Assembly (NCBI RefSeq): GCF_009914755.1
Contig: NC_060948.1
Origin: the human T2T-CHM13v2.0 reference genome, Homo sapiens
Length of the DNA: 64,000 nt
Reading direction: 5' to 3' (one strand)
Under the pieces are notes generated by a model. It searched no databases. It was not told the origin of the DNA and saw nothing but the letters and a program-made list of their open reading frames with translations. Of the stretch, positions 28,623 to 42,983 are shown one piece after another (within the stretch, counting starts at the first letter, position 1; the number at the start of each line of letters is the position of its first letter). Position numbers and translations under genes: made by a program.

Positions 28623-31600
28623 GAATGGAATCGAATGGATTGGAAAGGATTAGAATTGAATGGAATGGTATTGACTCAAATGGAATGGACTAGAATGGAA
28701 TGGATTCGAATGGAAGGCAAAGGAATGGAATCTATTGGAATGGATTGTAATGGAATGGAATGGAAGGGATTGGAATGGACTCGAATGGAATGGACTGCAA
28801 TAGAAAGGATTCGAATGGAATGAAAAAGAATTGAATGGAATAGAACAGAATGGAATCAAATCGAATGAAATGGAATGGAATAGAAAGGAATGGAATGAAA
28901 TGGAATGGAAAGGATTCGAATGGAATGCAATCGAATGGAATGGAATCGAACGGAATGGAATAAAATGGAAGAAAACTGGCAAGAAATGGAATCGAAATGA
29001 ATGGAGTGTTATGGAACGGACTCAAAAGGAATTGAATGTAATAGAATGGAGTGGAGTGGACTCGAATATAATGGACTGGAATGGAATGAAATCACATGGA
29101 ATGGGAACGAATGGAATGGAATGGAAAGGAATGGTATCGAATGGAAAGGAATCGAATGGAAGGGAATGAAATTGAATCAACAGGAATGGAAGGGAATAGA
29201 ATAGACGGTAATGGAATGGACTCGAATAGAATGGACACGAATGCTCAAATTGAATGGACTCGAATGGAATGGAAACGAAAGGAATGTCATCGAATGGAAT
29301 TGAATCGATTGGAATGAAATCGCATAGAATGGAGTGGAATCAAATGGAATTGAATCGAAAGGAAAGGAAGCGAATGGACTGAAATGAAATGGAATGGAAT
29401 TGAATGGAAAGTAATGCAATGGAATAGAATGGAACGAAATTTCACGGAATGGAATCAAACTGAATGGAATCAAATCAATGGAATCAAATCAAATGGAATG
29501 GAAAGGAATTGAATGGAGTAGATTGGATTGGATGGGATTGGAATGAAATGTACTGGAAAGGACTCGAATTTCATGAAACGGAATGGAATGAATTGGAACG
29601 GAATGGACTCGAATGGAATGGAATGTCATGGAATGGCATCAAATGGAATGGCATCAAATGGAATGGAATCGAATGCAATGGAATGCTATGGAATGGAATG
29701 GAATGCATTGGAATGGAATGTCCTCTAATGGAATGGATTCGAGTGGAATGGAATCTAATATAATGGAGTCGAATGAAATGGAATTGAAAGGAGTGGGATC
29801 GAATACAATGGAATATACTGGAATGTAATGTAATGAACTCGAATGTAATTGACTGGAATGGAATGTACATGAATGGAATGTAATCGAATGGAAAGTAATC
29901 CAATGGAATAGAATCTAATGCAATAAAACCGACTCAGATAGAGTAGAATGTAATGGAAAGGAGTGCAGTGCAATGGAATGGAATGGAATGGAATGCAATG
30001 CAATGGAATGGAATGGAATGGAATGGAATGGAATGGAATGGAATGGAATGGAATGGAATGGGATGGAATGGGATGGGATGGAATGGTATGGAATGGATAG
30101 TAATGGACTGGAGTGAAATGGACTGGAAAGGAATGGACTCAAATTGAAAGGGCTCGAAAGGAATGGAGTCAAATGGAATGGTCTGGAATGGAATGAACAC
30201 GAATGTAATGCAATCCAATAGAATGGAATCGAATGGCATGGAATATAAAGAAATGGAATCGAAGAGAATGGAAACAAATGGAATGGAATTGAATGGAATG
30301 GAATTGAATGGAATGGGAACGAATGGAGTGAAATTGTATGCAGTAGAAGGGAATAGAATGGAATGCAAGCGAAAGGAAAGGAATGGATTGGAATGGAATG
30401 GAATTCATTGGAATGGAAGGGAATGTAGTGTAATGGACAGGCCTGGAATAAAGTGGAATGCTACGGTCTCGAATGGAATAAAAATGTATGGAATGGAATG
30501 CAATGAAACGGAATCGAATGTCATAGAATGTAATGGAATGCAAAAAAATGGAATCCAAAATCATTGACTGGAAAGGCTGGGTGTCGAAAGGAATTGACTC
30601 CAATGGAATGGAATCAAATGGAATGGAAGTGAACAGAATCGAACTAAATCGAATGGAATGGAATTGATAGGAACGGAATGGAAAGGAATGCAATGATTTG
30701 GCATGGAATGGAATCGAATGGCATCGAATGGAATGGAATGGAATGCAATGGAATGGAATGTATTAGAATGTAATGAACTTTAATGGAATGTACTCGAATG
30801 GATTCGACTGGAATGGAATGTTCTGGAAGTGAATGGACTCCAATGGAATGGATTCAAAAGCAATGGAATCGTACGGAATGGAATCTAATGGAATGGAATT
30901 AAATGGAAATGAATCAAATTGAACAGCACGGAATTGAATTGAATGGAATGGAATGCAATGGAATCTAATGAAACGGAAAGGAAAGGAATGGAATGGAATG
31001 GAATGGGCTGGAATGGAAAGGAATCGAAACGAATGGAATGGAATCGAAGTGAAGAGACTGGAATGGAAGGGAGTGTAATGGAAGGTTCTCGAAAAAAATG
31101 GAATCGAATGGAATGGAATTGAATGGAACGGAATAGAGTCGAATGGAATTGAATGGAATGGAATGGACTAGAGTGAAATGGAATCGAACCACAAGGAATG
31201 GACAGGAATAGAATGGTCTCGAATTGAATGGAATCGTATGGAATGGCATCAAACGGAATGGAATGGACAGCCACGGAATGGAATGCACTCGAATGCAATG
31301 GAGTCGAAACTAATGGACTGGAATAGAATGGACTCGACTGGTACGGACTCCAATGGAATGGAATCGAATGGAAGGGAATCGAACGGAATGGACTCGAAGG
31401 GAAAAGACTGCAATGGAAAGGTCTCGAATGGAATGGAAATTAATGGAATGGAATGGAATCGAATGAAATGGAGTCAAAAGGAATGGAATCGAATGGCAAG
31501 AAATCGAATGTAATGGAATCGCAAGGAATTGATGTGAACGGAATGGAATGGAATGGAATCCAAAGGAATGGAATAGAATGGAATGGAATCGAATGGAAAG

Positions 31601-32211
31601 GACTCGAATGGAAATCACTCGAATAGAATGCAATTTAATAAAATAGGATCAAATGTAATGGAATGGAATGGAAAGGAATCGAAACGAAAGGAATGGAGAC
31701 AGATGGAATGGAATGGAACAGAGAGCAATGGTATAGAATGGAATGGAATCATCTGGAATGGAATTGAATGGAATGGAATAATATGAAATGGAATGGAATG
31801 GAATGGAATGGAATGGAATGCCCTTGAATTAAATGGACTGGAATGGAATGGACTCGAACAGAGTGGAATGGAAAGTTTTGAGATAGAATGGAATGGACTC
31901 CTTTGGAATGGTGTAGTATGCAATGCAATCGACTGGCAGGGAATCAAAAGGAATGTAATCGAATGGATTGGACTGGAATGCAATGGACTCGAATAGATTG
32001 GAAACGGAATGCAAAGGAATGGAATGGAATAGTATGGAATGGAATGGAAAGGAATGGAGTGGAATAGACTAGAGTGGAATGGAATGGACTGGAAAGCAAT
32101 GGACTGGAATGGAACTTTCTTGAATGGACTGGAATCAAACGGAATGGAATGCAATGCAATCAAACGGCATGGAATAAAATAGAATGAAAGAGAATCAAAT
32201 GGAATTGAATC
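28623..32211 (+). repeat. DYZ1 unit U9 (3589 bp; C head, Z tail with 15-bp deletion)
   Basis: 28831->32420; gagactggaatggaaggg at ~31055. Confidence 0.9.
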
Positions 32212-35200
32212 GAATGGAATCGAATGGATTGGAAAGGAATAGAATGGAATGGAATGGAATTGACTCAAATGGAATGGACTAGAATGGAATGGATTCGAAT
32301 GGAAGGCAAAGGAATGGAATCTTTTGGAATGGACTGTAATGGAATGGAATGGAAGGGATTGGAATGGACTCGAATGGAATGGACTGCAATAGATAGGATT
32401 CGAATGGAATGAAAAAGAATTGAATGGAATAGAACAGAATGGAATCAAATCGAATGAAATGGAATGGAATAGAAAGGAATGGAATGAAATGGAATGGAAA
32501 GGATTCGAATGGAATGCAATCGAATGGAATGGAATCGAACGGAATGGAATAAAATGGAAGAAAACTGGCAAGAAATGGAATCGAAATGAATGGAGTGTTA
32601 TGGAACGGACTCAAAAGGAATTGAATGTAATAGAATGGAGTGGAGTGGACTCGAATATAATGGACTGGAATGGAATGAAATCACATGGAATGGGAACGAA
32701 TGGAATGGAATGGAAAGGAATGGAATCGAATGGAAAGGAATCGAATGGAAGGGAATGAAATTGAATCAACAGGAATGGAAGGGAATAGAATAGACGGTAA
32801 TGGAATGGACTCGAATAGAATGGACACGAATGCTCAAATTGAATGGACTCGAATGGAATGGAAACGAAAGGAATGTCATCGAATGGAATTGAATCGATTG
32901 GAATGAAATCGCATAGAATGGAGTGGAATCAAATGGAATTGAATCGAAAGGAAAGGAAGCGAATGGACTGAAATGAAATGGAATGGAATTGAATGGAAAG
33001 TAATGCAATGGAATAGAATGGAACGAAATTTCACGGAATGGAATCAAACTGAATGGAATCAAATCAATGGAATCAAATCAAATGGAATGGAAAGGAATTG
33101 AATGGAGTAGATTGGATTGGATGGGATTGGAATGAAATGTACTGGAAAGGACTCGAATTTCATGAAACGGAATGGAATGAATTGGAACGGAATGGACTCG
33201 AATGGAATGGAATGTCATGGAATGGCATCAAATGGAATGGCATCAAATGGAATGGAATCGAATGCAATGGAATGCTATGGAATGGAATGGAATGCATTGG
33301 AATGGAATGTCCTCTAATGGAATGGATTCGAGTGGAATGGAATCTAATATAATGGAGTCGAATGAAATGGAATTGAAAGGAGTGGGATCGAATACAATGG
33401 AATATACTGGAATGTAATGTAATGAACTCGAATGTAATTGACTGGAATGGAATGTACATGAATGGAATGTAATCGAATGGAAAGTAATCCAATGGAATAG
33501 AATCTAATGCAATAAAACCGACTCAGATAGAGTAGAATGTAATGGAATGGAGTGCAGTGCAATGGAATGGAATGGAATGGAATGCAATGGAATGGAATGG
33601 AATGGAATGGAATGGAATGGAATGGAATGGAATGGAATGGGATGGAATGGGATGGGATGGAATGGTATGGAATGGATAGTAATGGACTGGAGTGAAATGG
33701 ACTGGAAAGGAATGGACTCAAATTGAAAGGGCTCGAAAGGAATGGAGTCAAATGGAATGGTCTGGAATGGAATGAACACGAATGTAATGCAATCCAATAG
33801 AATGGAATCGAATGGCATGGAATATAAAGAAATGGAATCGAAGAGAATGGAAACAAATGGAATGGAATTGAATGGAATGGAATTGAATGGAATGGGAACG
33901 AATGGAGTGAAATTGTATGCAGTAGAAGGGAATAGAATGGAATGCAAGCGAAAGGAAAGGAATGGATTGGAATGGAATGGAATTCATTGGAATGGAAGGG
34001 AATGTAGTGTAATGGACAGGCCTGGAATAAAGTGGAATGCTACGGTCTCGAATGGAATAAAAATGTATGGAATGGAATGCAATGAAACGGAATCGAATGT
34101 CATAGAATGTAATGGAATGCAAAAAAATGGAATCCAAAATCATTGACTGGAAAGGCTGGGTGTCGAAAGGAATTGACTCCAATGGAATGGAATCAAATGG
34201 AATGGAAGTGAATAGAATCGAACTAAATCGAATGGAATGGAATTGATAGGAACGGAATGGAAAGGAATGCAATGATTTGGCATGGAATGGAATCGAATGG
34301 CATCGAATGGAATGGAATGGAATGCAATGGAATGGAATGTATTAGAATGTAATGAACTTTAATGGAATGTACTCGAATGGATTCGACTGGAATGGAATGT
34401 TCTGGAAGTGAATGGACTCCAATGGAATGGATTCAAAAGGAATGGAATCGTACGGAATGGAATCTAATGGAATGGAATTAAATGGAAAAGAATCAAATTG
34501 AATAGCACGGAATTGAATTGAATGGAATCGAATGCAATGGAATCTAATGAAACGGAAAGGAAAGGAATGGAATGGAATGGAATGGGCTGGAATGGAAAGG
34601 AATCGAAACGAATGGAATGGAATCGAAGTGAAGAGACTGGAATGGAATGCACTGGAATGGAAGGGAGTGTAATGGAAGGTTCTCGAAAAAAATGGAATCG
34701 AATGGAATGGAATTGAATGGAACGGAATAGAGTCGAATGGAATTGAATGGAATGGAATGGACTAGAGTGAAATGGAATCGAACCACAAGGAATGGACAGG
34801 AATAGAATGGTCTCGAATTGAATGGAATCGTATGGAATGGCATCAAACGGAAAGGAATGGACAGCCACGGAATGGAATGCACTCGAATGCAATGGAGTCG
34901 AAACTAATGGACTGGAATAGAATGGACTCGACTGGTACGGACTCCAATGGAATGGAATCGAAAGGAAGGGAATCGAACGGAATGGACTCGAAGGGAAAAG
35001 ACTGCAAAGGAAAGGTCTCGAATGCAATGGAAATTAATGGAATGGAATGGAATCGAATGAAATGGAGTCAAAAGGAATGGAATCGAATGGCAAGAAATCG
35101 AATGTAATGGATTCGCAAGGAATTGATGTGAACGGAACGGAATGGAATGGAATCCAAAGGAATGGAATAGAATGGAATGGAATCGAATGGAAAGGACTCG

Positions 35201-35800
35201 AATGGAAATCACTGGAATAGAATGCAATTTAATAAAATAGGATGAAATGTAATGGAATGGAATGGAAAGGAATCGAAACGAAAGGAATGGAGACAGATGG
35301 AATGGAATGGTACAGAGAGCAATGGTATAGAATGGAATGGAATCATCTGGAATGGAATTGAATGGAATGGAATAATATGAAATGGAATGGAATGGAATGG
35401 AATGGAATGCCCTTGAATTAAATGGACTGGAATGGAATGGACTCCAACAGAGTGAAATGGAAAGTGTTGAGATAGAATGGAATGGACTCCTTTGGAATGG
35501 TGTAGTATGCAATGCAATCGACTGGCAGGGAAGCAAAAGGAATGTAATCAAATGGATTGGACTGGAATGCAATGGACTCGAATAGATTGGAAACGGAATG
35601 CAAAGGAATGGAATGGAATAGTATGGAATGGAATGGAAAGGAATGGAGTGGAATAGACTAGAGTGGAATGGAATGGACTGGAAAGCAATGGACTGGAATG
35701 GAACTTTCTTGAATGGACTGGAATCAAACGGAATGGAATGCAATGCAATCAAATGGCATGGAATAAAATAGAATGAAAGAGAATCAAATGGAATTGAATC
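32212..35800 (+). repeat. DYZ1 unit U10 (3589 bp; D head, X tail)
   Basis: 32420->36009; ggaatcttttgg and agataggatt variants. Confidence 0.9.
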
Positions 35801-38800
35801 GAATGGAATCGAATGGATTGGAAAGGATTAGAATGGAATGGAATGGAATTGACTCAAATGGAATGGACTAGAATGGAATGGATTCGAATGGAAGGCAAAG
35901 GAATGGAATCTATTGGAATGGACTGTAATGGAATGGAATGGAAGGGATTGGAATGGACTCGAATGGAATGGACTGCAATAGAAAGGATTCGAATGGAATG
36001 AAAAAGAATTGAATGGAATAGAACAGATTGGAATCAAATCGAATGAAATGGAATGGAATAGAAAGGAATGGAATGAAATGGAATGGAAAGGATTCGAATG
36101 GAATGCAATCGAATGGAATGGAATCGAACGGAATGGAATAAAATGGAAGAAAACTGGCAAGAAATGGAATCGAAATGAATGGAGTGTTATGGAACGGACT
36201 CAAAAGGAATTGAATGTAATAGAATGGAGTGGAGTGGACTCGAATATAATGGACTGGAATGGAATGAAATCACATGGAATGGGAACGAATGGAATGGAAT
36301 GGAAAGGAATGGAATCGAATGGAAAGGAATCGAATAGAAGGGAATGAAATTGAATCAACAGGAATGGAAGGGAATAGAATAGACGGTAATGGAATGGACT
36401 CGAATAGAATGGACACGAATTCTCAAATTGAATGGACACGAATGGAATGGAAACGAAAGGAATGTCATCGAATGGAATTGAATCGATTGGAATGAAATCG
36501 CATAGAATGGAGTGGAATCAAATGGAATTGAATCGAAAGGAAAGGAAGCGAATGGACTGAAATGAAATGGAATGGAATTGAATGGAAAGTAATGCAATGG
36601 AATAGAATGGAACGAAATTTCACGGAATGGAATCAAACTGAATGGAATCAAATCAATGGAATCAAATCAAATGGAATGGAAAGGAATTGAATGGAGTAGA
36701 TTGGATTGGATGGGATTGGAATGAAATGTACTGGAAAGGACTCGAATTTCATGAAACGGAATGGAATGAATTGGAACGGAATGGACTCGAATGGAATGGA
36801 ATGTCATGGAATGGCATCAAATGGAATGGCATCAAATGGAATGGAATCGAATGCAATGGAATGCTATGGAATGGAATGGAATGCATTGGAATGGAATGTC
36901 CTCTAATGGAATGGATTCGAGTGGAATGGAATCGAATATAATGGAGTCGAATGAAATGGAATTGAAAGGAATGGGATCGAATAGAATGGAATATACTGGA
37001 ATGTAATGTAATGAACTCGAATGTAATTGACTGGAATGGAATGTACATGAATGGAATGTAATCGAATGGAAAGTAATCCAATGGAATAGAATCTAATGCA
37101 ATAAAATCGACTCAGATAGAGTAGAATGTAATGGAATGGAGTGCAGTGCAATGGAATGGAATGGAATGGAATGCAATGGAATGGAATGGAATGGAATGGA
37201 ATGGAATGGAATGGAATGGAATGGAATGGGATGGGATGGAATGGGATGGGATGGAATGGTATGGAATGGATAGTAATGGACTGGAGTGAAATGGACTGGA
37301 AAGGAATGGACTCAAATTGAAAGGGCTCGAAAGGAATGGAGTCAAATGGAATGGTCTGGAATGGAATGAACACGAATGTAATGCAATCCAATAGAATGGA
37401 ATCGAATGGCATGGAATATAAAGAAATGGAATCGAAGAGAATGGAAACAAATGGAATGGAATTGAATGGAATGGAATTGAATGGAATGGGAACGAATGGA
37501 GTGAAATTGTATGCAGTAGAAGGGAATAGAATGGAATGCAAGCGAAAGGAAAGGAATGGATTGGAATGGAATGGAATTCATTGGAATGGAAGGGAATGTA
37601 GTGTAATGGACAGGCCTGGAATAAAGTGGAATGCTACGGTCTCGAATGGAATAAAAATGTATGGAATGGAATGCAATGAAACGGAATCGAATGTCATAGA
37701 ATGTAATGGAATGCAACAAAATGGAATCCAAAATCATTGACTGGAAAGGCTGGGTGTCGAAAGGAATTGACTCCAATGGAATGGAATCGAATGGAATGGA
37801 ATTGAATAGAATCGAACTAAATCGAATGGAATGGAATTGATAGGAACGGAATGGAAAGGAATGCAATGATTTGGCATGGAATGGAATCGAATGGCATCGA
37901 ATGGAATGGAATGGAATGCAATGGAATGGAATGTATTAGAATGTAATGAACTTTAATGGAATGTACTCGAATGGATTCGACTGGAATGGAATGTTCTGGA
38001 AGTGAATGGACTCCAATGGAATGGATTCAAAAGGAATGGAATCGTACGGAATGGAATCTAATGGAATGGAATTAAATGGAAATGAATCAAATTGAATAGC
38101 ACGGAATTGAATTGAATGGAATGGAATGCAATGGAATCTAATGAAACGGAAAGGAAAGGAATGGAATGGAATGGAATGGGCTGGAATGGAAAGGAATCGA
38201 AACGAATGGAATGGAATCGAAGTGAAGAGACTGGAATGGAATGCACTGGAATGGAAGGGAGTGTAATGGAAGGTTCTCGAAAAAAATGGAATCGAATGGA
38301 ATGGAATTGAATGGAACGGAATAGAGTCGAATGGAATTGAATGGAATGGAATGGACTAGAGTGAAATGGAATCGAACCACAAGGAATGGACAGGAATAGA
38401 ATGGTCTCGAATTGAATGGAATCGTATGGAATGGCATCAAACGGAATGGAATGGACAGCCACGGAATGGAATGCACTCGAATGCAATGGAGTCGAAACTA
38501 ATGGACTGGAATAGAATGGACTCGACTGGTACGGACTCCAATGGAATGGAATCGAATGGAAGGGAATCGATCGGAATGGACTCGAAGGGAAAAGACTGCA
38601 ATGGAAAGGTCTCGAATGGAATGGAAATTAATGGAATGGAATGGAATCGAATGAAATGGAGTCAAAAGGAATGGAATCGAATGGCAAGAAATCGAATGTA
38701 ATGGAATCGCAAGGAATTGATGTGAACGGAACGGAATGGAATGGAATCCAAAGGAATGGAATAGAATGGAATGGAATCGAATGGAAAGGACTCGAATGGA

Positions 38801-39399
38801 AATCACTCGAATAGAATGCAATTTAATAAAATAGGATCAAATGTAATGGAATGGAATGGAAAGGAATCGAAACGAAAGGAATGGAGACAGATGGAATGGA
38901 ATGGAACAGAGAGCAATGGTATAGAATGGAATGGAATCATCTGGAATGGAATTGAATGGAATGGAATAATATGAAATGGAATGGAATGGAATGGAATGGA
39001 ATGGAATGCCCTTGAATTAAATGGACTGGAATGGAATGGACTCGAACAGAGTGGAATGGAAAGTTTTGAGATAGAATGGAATGGACTCCTTTGGAATGGT
39101 GTAGTATGCAATGCAATCGACTGGCAGGGAATCAAAAGGAATGTAATCGAATGGATTGGACTGGAATGCAATGGACTCGAATAGATTGGAAACGGAATGC
39201 AAAGGAATGGAATGGAATAGTATGGAATGGAATGGAAAGGAATGGAGTGGAATAGACTAGAGTGGAATGGAATGGACTGGAAAGCAATGGACTGGAATGG
39301 AACTTTCTTGAATGGACTGGAATCAAACGGAATGGAATGCAATGCAATCAAATGGCATGGAATAAAATAGAATGAAAGAGAATCAAATGGAATTGAATC
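35801..39399 (+). repeat. DYZ1 unit U11 (3599 bp; chimeric: B head, C-type middle, Y tail)
   Basis: 36009->39608; hybrid GGGAT pattern at 37228-37262. Confidence 0.9.
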
Positions 39400-42300
39400 G
39401 AATGGAATCGAATGGATTGGAAAGGATTAGAATTGAATGGAATGGTATTGACTCAAATGGAATGGACTAGAATGGAATGGATTCGAATGGAAGGCAAAGG
39501 AATGGAATCTATTGGAATGGATTGTAATGGAATGGAATGGAAGGGATTGGAATGGACTCGAATGGAATGGACTGCAATAGAAAGGATTCGAATGGAATGA
39601 AAAAGAATTGAATGGAATAGAACAGAATGGAATCAAATCGAATGAAATGGAATGGAATAGAAAGGAATGGAATGAAATGGAATGGAAAGGATTCGAATGG
39701 AATGCAATCGAATGGAATGGAATCGAACGGAATGGAATAAAATGGAAGAAAACTGGCAAGAAATGGAATCGAAATGAATGGAGTGTTATGGAACGGACTC
39801 AAAAGGAATTGAATGTAATAGAATGGAGTGGAGTGGACTCGAATATAATGGACTGGAATGGAATGAAATCACATGGAATGGGAACGAATGGAATGGAATG
39901 GAAAGGAATGGTATCGAATGGAAAGGAATCGAATGGAAGGGAATGAAATTGAATCAACAGGAATGGAAGGGAATAGAATAGACGGTAATGGAATGGACTC
40001 GAATAGAATGGACACGAATGCTCAAATTGAATGGACTCGAATGGAATGGAAACGAAAGGAATGTCATCGAATGGAATTGAATCGATTGGAATGAAATCGC
40101 ATAGAATGGAGTGGAATCAAATGGAATTGAATCGAAAGGAAAGGAAGCGAATGGACTGAAATGAAATGGAATGGAATTGAATGGAAAGTAATGCAATGGA
40201 ATAGAATGGAACGAAATTTCACGGAATGGAATCAAACTGAATGGAATCAAATCAATGGAATCAAATCAAATGGAATGGAAAGGAATTGAATGGAGTAGAT
40301 TGGATTGGATGGGATTGGAATGAAATGTACTGGAAAGGACTCGAATTTCATGAAACGGAATGGAATGAATTGGAACGGAATGGACTCGAATGGAATGGAA
40401 TGTCATGGAATGGCATCAAATGGAATGGCATCAAATGGAATGGAATCGAATGCAATGGAATGCTATGGAATGGAATGGAATGCATTGGAATGGAATGTCC
40501 TCTAATGGAATGGATTCGAGTGGAATGGAATCTAATATAATGGAGTCGAATGAAATGGAATTGAAAGGAGTGGGATCGAATACAATGGAATATACTGGAA
40601 TGTAATGTAATGAACTCGAATGTAATTGACTGGAATGGAATGTACATGAATGGAATGTAATCGAATGGAAAGTAATCCAATGGAATAGAATCTAATGCAA
40701 TAAAACCGACTCAGATAGAGTAGAATGTAATGGAAAGGAGTGCAGTGCAATGGAATGGAATGGAATGGAATGCAATGCAATGGAATGGAATGGAATGGAA
40801 TGGAATGGAATGGAATGGAATGGAATGGAATGGGATGGAATGGGATGGGATGGAATGGTATGGAATGGATAGTAATGGACTGGAGTGAAATGGACTGGAA
40901 AGGAATGGACTCAAATTGAAAGGGCTCGAAAGGAATGGAGTCAAATGGAATGGTCTGGAATGGAATGAACACGAATGTAATGCAATCCAATAGAATGGAA
41001 TCGAATGGCATGGAATATAAAGAAATGGAATCGAAGAGAATGGAAACAAATGGAATGGAATTGAATGGAATGGAATTGAATGGAATGGGAACGAATGGAG
41101 TGAAATTGTATGCAGTAGAAGGGAATAGAATGGAATGCAAGCGAAAGGAAAGGAATGGATTGGAATGGAATGGAATTCATTGGAATGGAAGGGAATGTAG
41201 TGTAATGGACAGGCCTGGAATAAAGTGGAATGCTACGGTCTCGAATGGAATAAAAATGTATGGAATGGAATGCAATGAAACGGAATCGAATGTCATAGAA
41301 TGTAATGGAATGCAAAAAAATGGAATCCAAAATCATTGACTGGAAAGGCTGGGTGTCGAAAGGAATTGACTCCAATGGAATGGAATCAAATGGAATGGAA
41401 GTGAACAGAATCGAACTAAATCGAATGGAATGGAATTGATAGGAACGGAATGGAAAGGAATGCAATGATTTGGCATGGAATGGAATCGAATGGCATCGAA
41501 TGGAATGGAATGGAATGCAATGGAATGGAATGTATTAGAATGTAATGAACTTTAATGGAATGTACTCGAATGGATTCGACTGGAATGGAATGTTCTGGAA
41601 GTGAATGGACTCCAATGGAATGGATTCAAAAGCAATGGAATCGTACGGAATGGAATCTAATGGAATGGAATTAAATGGAAATGAATCAAATTGAACAGCA
41701 CGGAATTGAATTGAATGGAATGGAATGCAATGGAATCTAATGAAACGGAAAGGAAAGGAATGGAATGGAATGGAATGGGCTGGAATGGAAAGGAATCGAA
41801 ACGAATGGAATGGAATCGAAGTGAAGAGACTGGAATGGAAGGGAGTGTAATGGAAGGTTCTCGAAAAAAATGGAATCGAATGGAATGGAATTGAATGGAA
41901 CGGAATAGAGTCGAATGGAATTGAATGGAATGGAATGGACTAGAGTGAAATGGAATCGAACCACAAGGAATGGACAGGAATAGAATGGTCTCGAATTGAA
42001 TGGAATCGTATGGAATGGCATCAAACGGAATGGAATGGACAGCCACGGAATGGAATGCACTCGAATGCAATGGAGTCGAAACTAATGGACTGGAATAGAA
42101 TGGACTCGACTGGTACGGACTCCAATGGAATGGAATCGAATGGAAGGGAATCGAACGGAATGGACTCGAAGGGAAAAGACTGCAATGGAAAGGTCTCGAA
42201 TGGAATGGAAATTAATGGAATGGAATGGAATCGAATGAAATGGAGTCAAAAGGAATGGAATCGAATGGCAAGAAATCGAATGTAATGGAATCGCAAGGAA

Positions 42301-42983
42301 TTGATGTGAACGGAATGGAATGGAATGGAATCCAAAGGAATGGAATAGAATGGAATGGAATCGAATGGAAAGGACTCGAATGGAAATCACTCGAATAGAA
42401 TGCAATTTAATAAAATAGGATCAAATGTAATGGAATGGAATGGAAAGGAATCGAAACGAAAGGAATGGAGACAGATGGAATGGAATGGAACAGAGAGCAA
42501 TGGTATAGAATGGAATGGAATCATCTGGAATGGAATTGAATGGAATGGAATAATATGAAATGGAATGGAATGGAATGGAATGGAATGGAATGCCCTTGAA
42601 TTAAATGGACTGGAATGGAATGGACTCGAACAGAGTGGAATGGAAAGTTTTGAGATAGAATGGAATGGACTCCTTTGGAATGGTGTAGTATGCAATGCAA
42701 TCGACTGGCAGGGAATCAAAAGGAATGTAATCGAATGGATTGGACTGGAATGCAATGGACTCGAATAGATTGGAAACGGAATGCAAAGGAATGGAATGGA
42801 ATAGTATGGAATGGAATGGAAAGGAATGGAGTGGAATAGACTAGAGTGGAATGGAATGGACTGGAAAGCAATGGACTGGAATGGAACTTTCTTGAATGGA
42901 CTGGAATCAAACGGAATGGAATGCAATGCAATCAAACGGCATGGAATAAAATAGAATGAAAGAGAATCAAATGGAATTGAATC
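39400..42983 (+). repeat. DYZ1 unit U12 (3584 bp; C head, Z tail; near-copy of U9)
   Basis: 39608->43192; shares private variants with U9. Confidence 0.9.

Noticed and set aside
30005-30059. Pathogenic-type (TGGAA)n expansion
   Set aside because: Pure runs reach at most 11 copies and are a normal part of the satellite unit, not an insertion in a gene.
31615-32571. Longest ORF (318 aa, minus strand; also 42387-43343, 56728-57684, 60282-61223)
   Set aside because: It is longer because D-type heads have ggaatag instead of ggattag, removing a minus-strand TAA. It is the same low-complexity IPFHS translation.
37228-37252. G-quadruplex from four GGG runs in the U11 tract
   Set aside because: GGGATGGGATGGAATGGGATGGG formally fits a G4 pattern but occurs once as a by-product of the hybrid junction, with no evidence of function.
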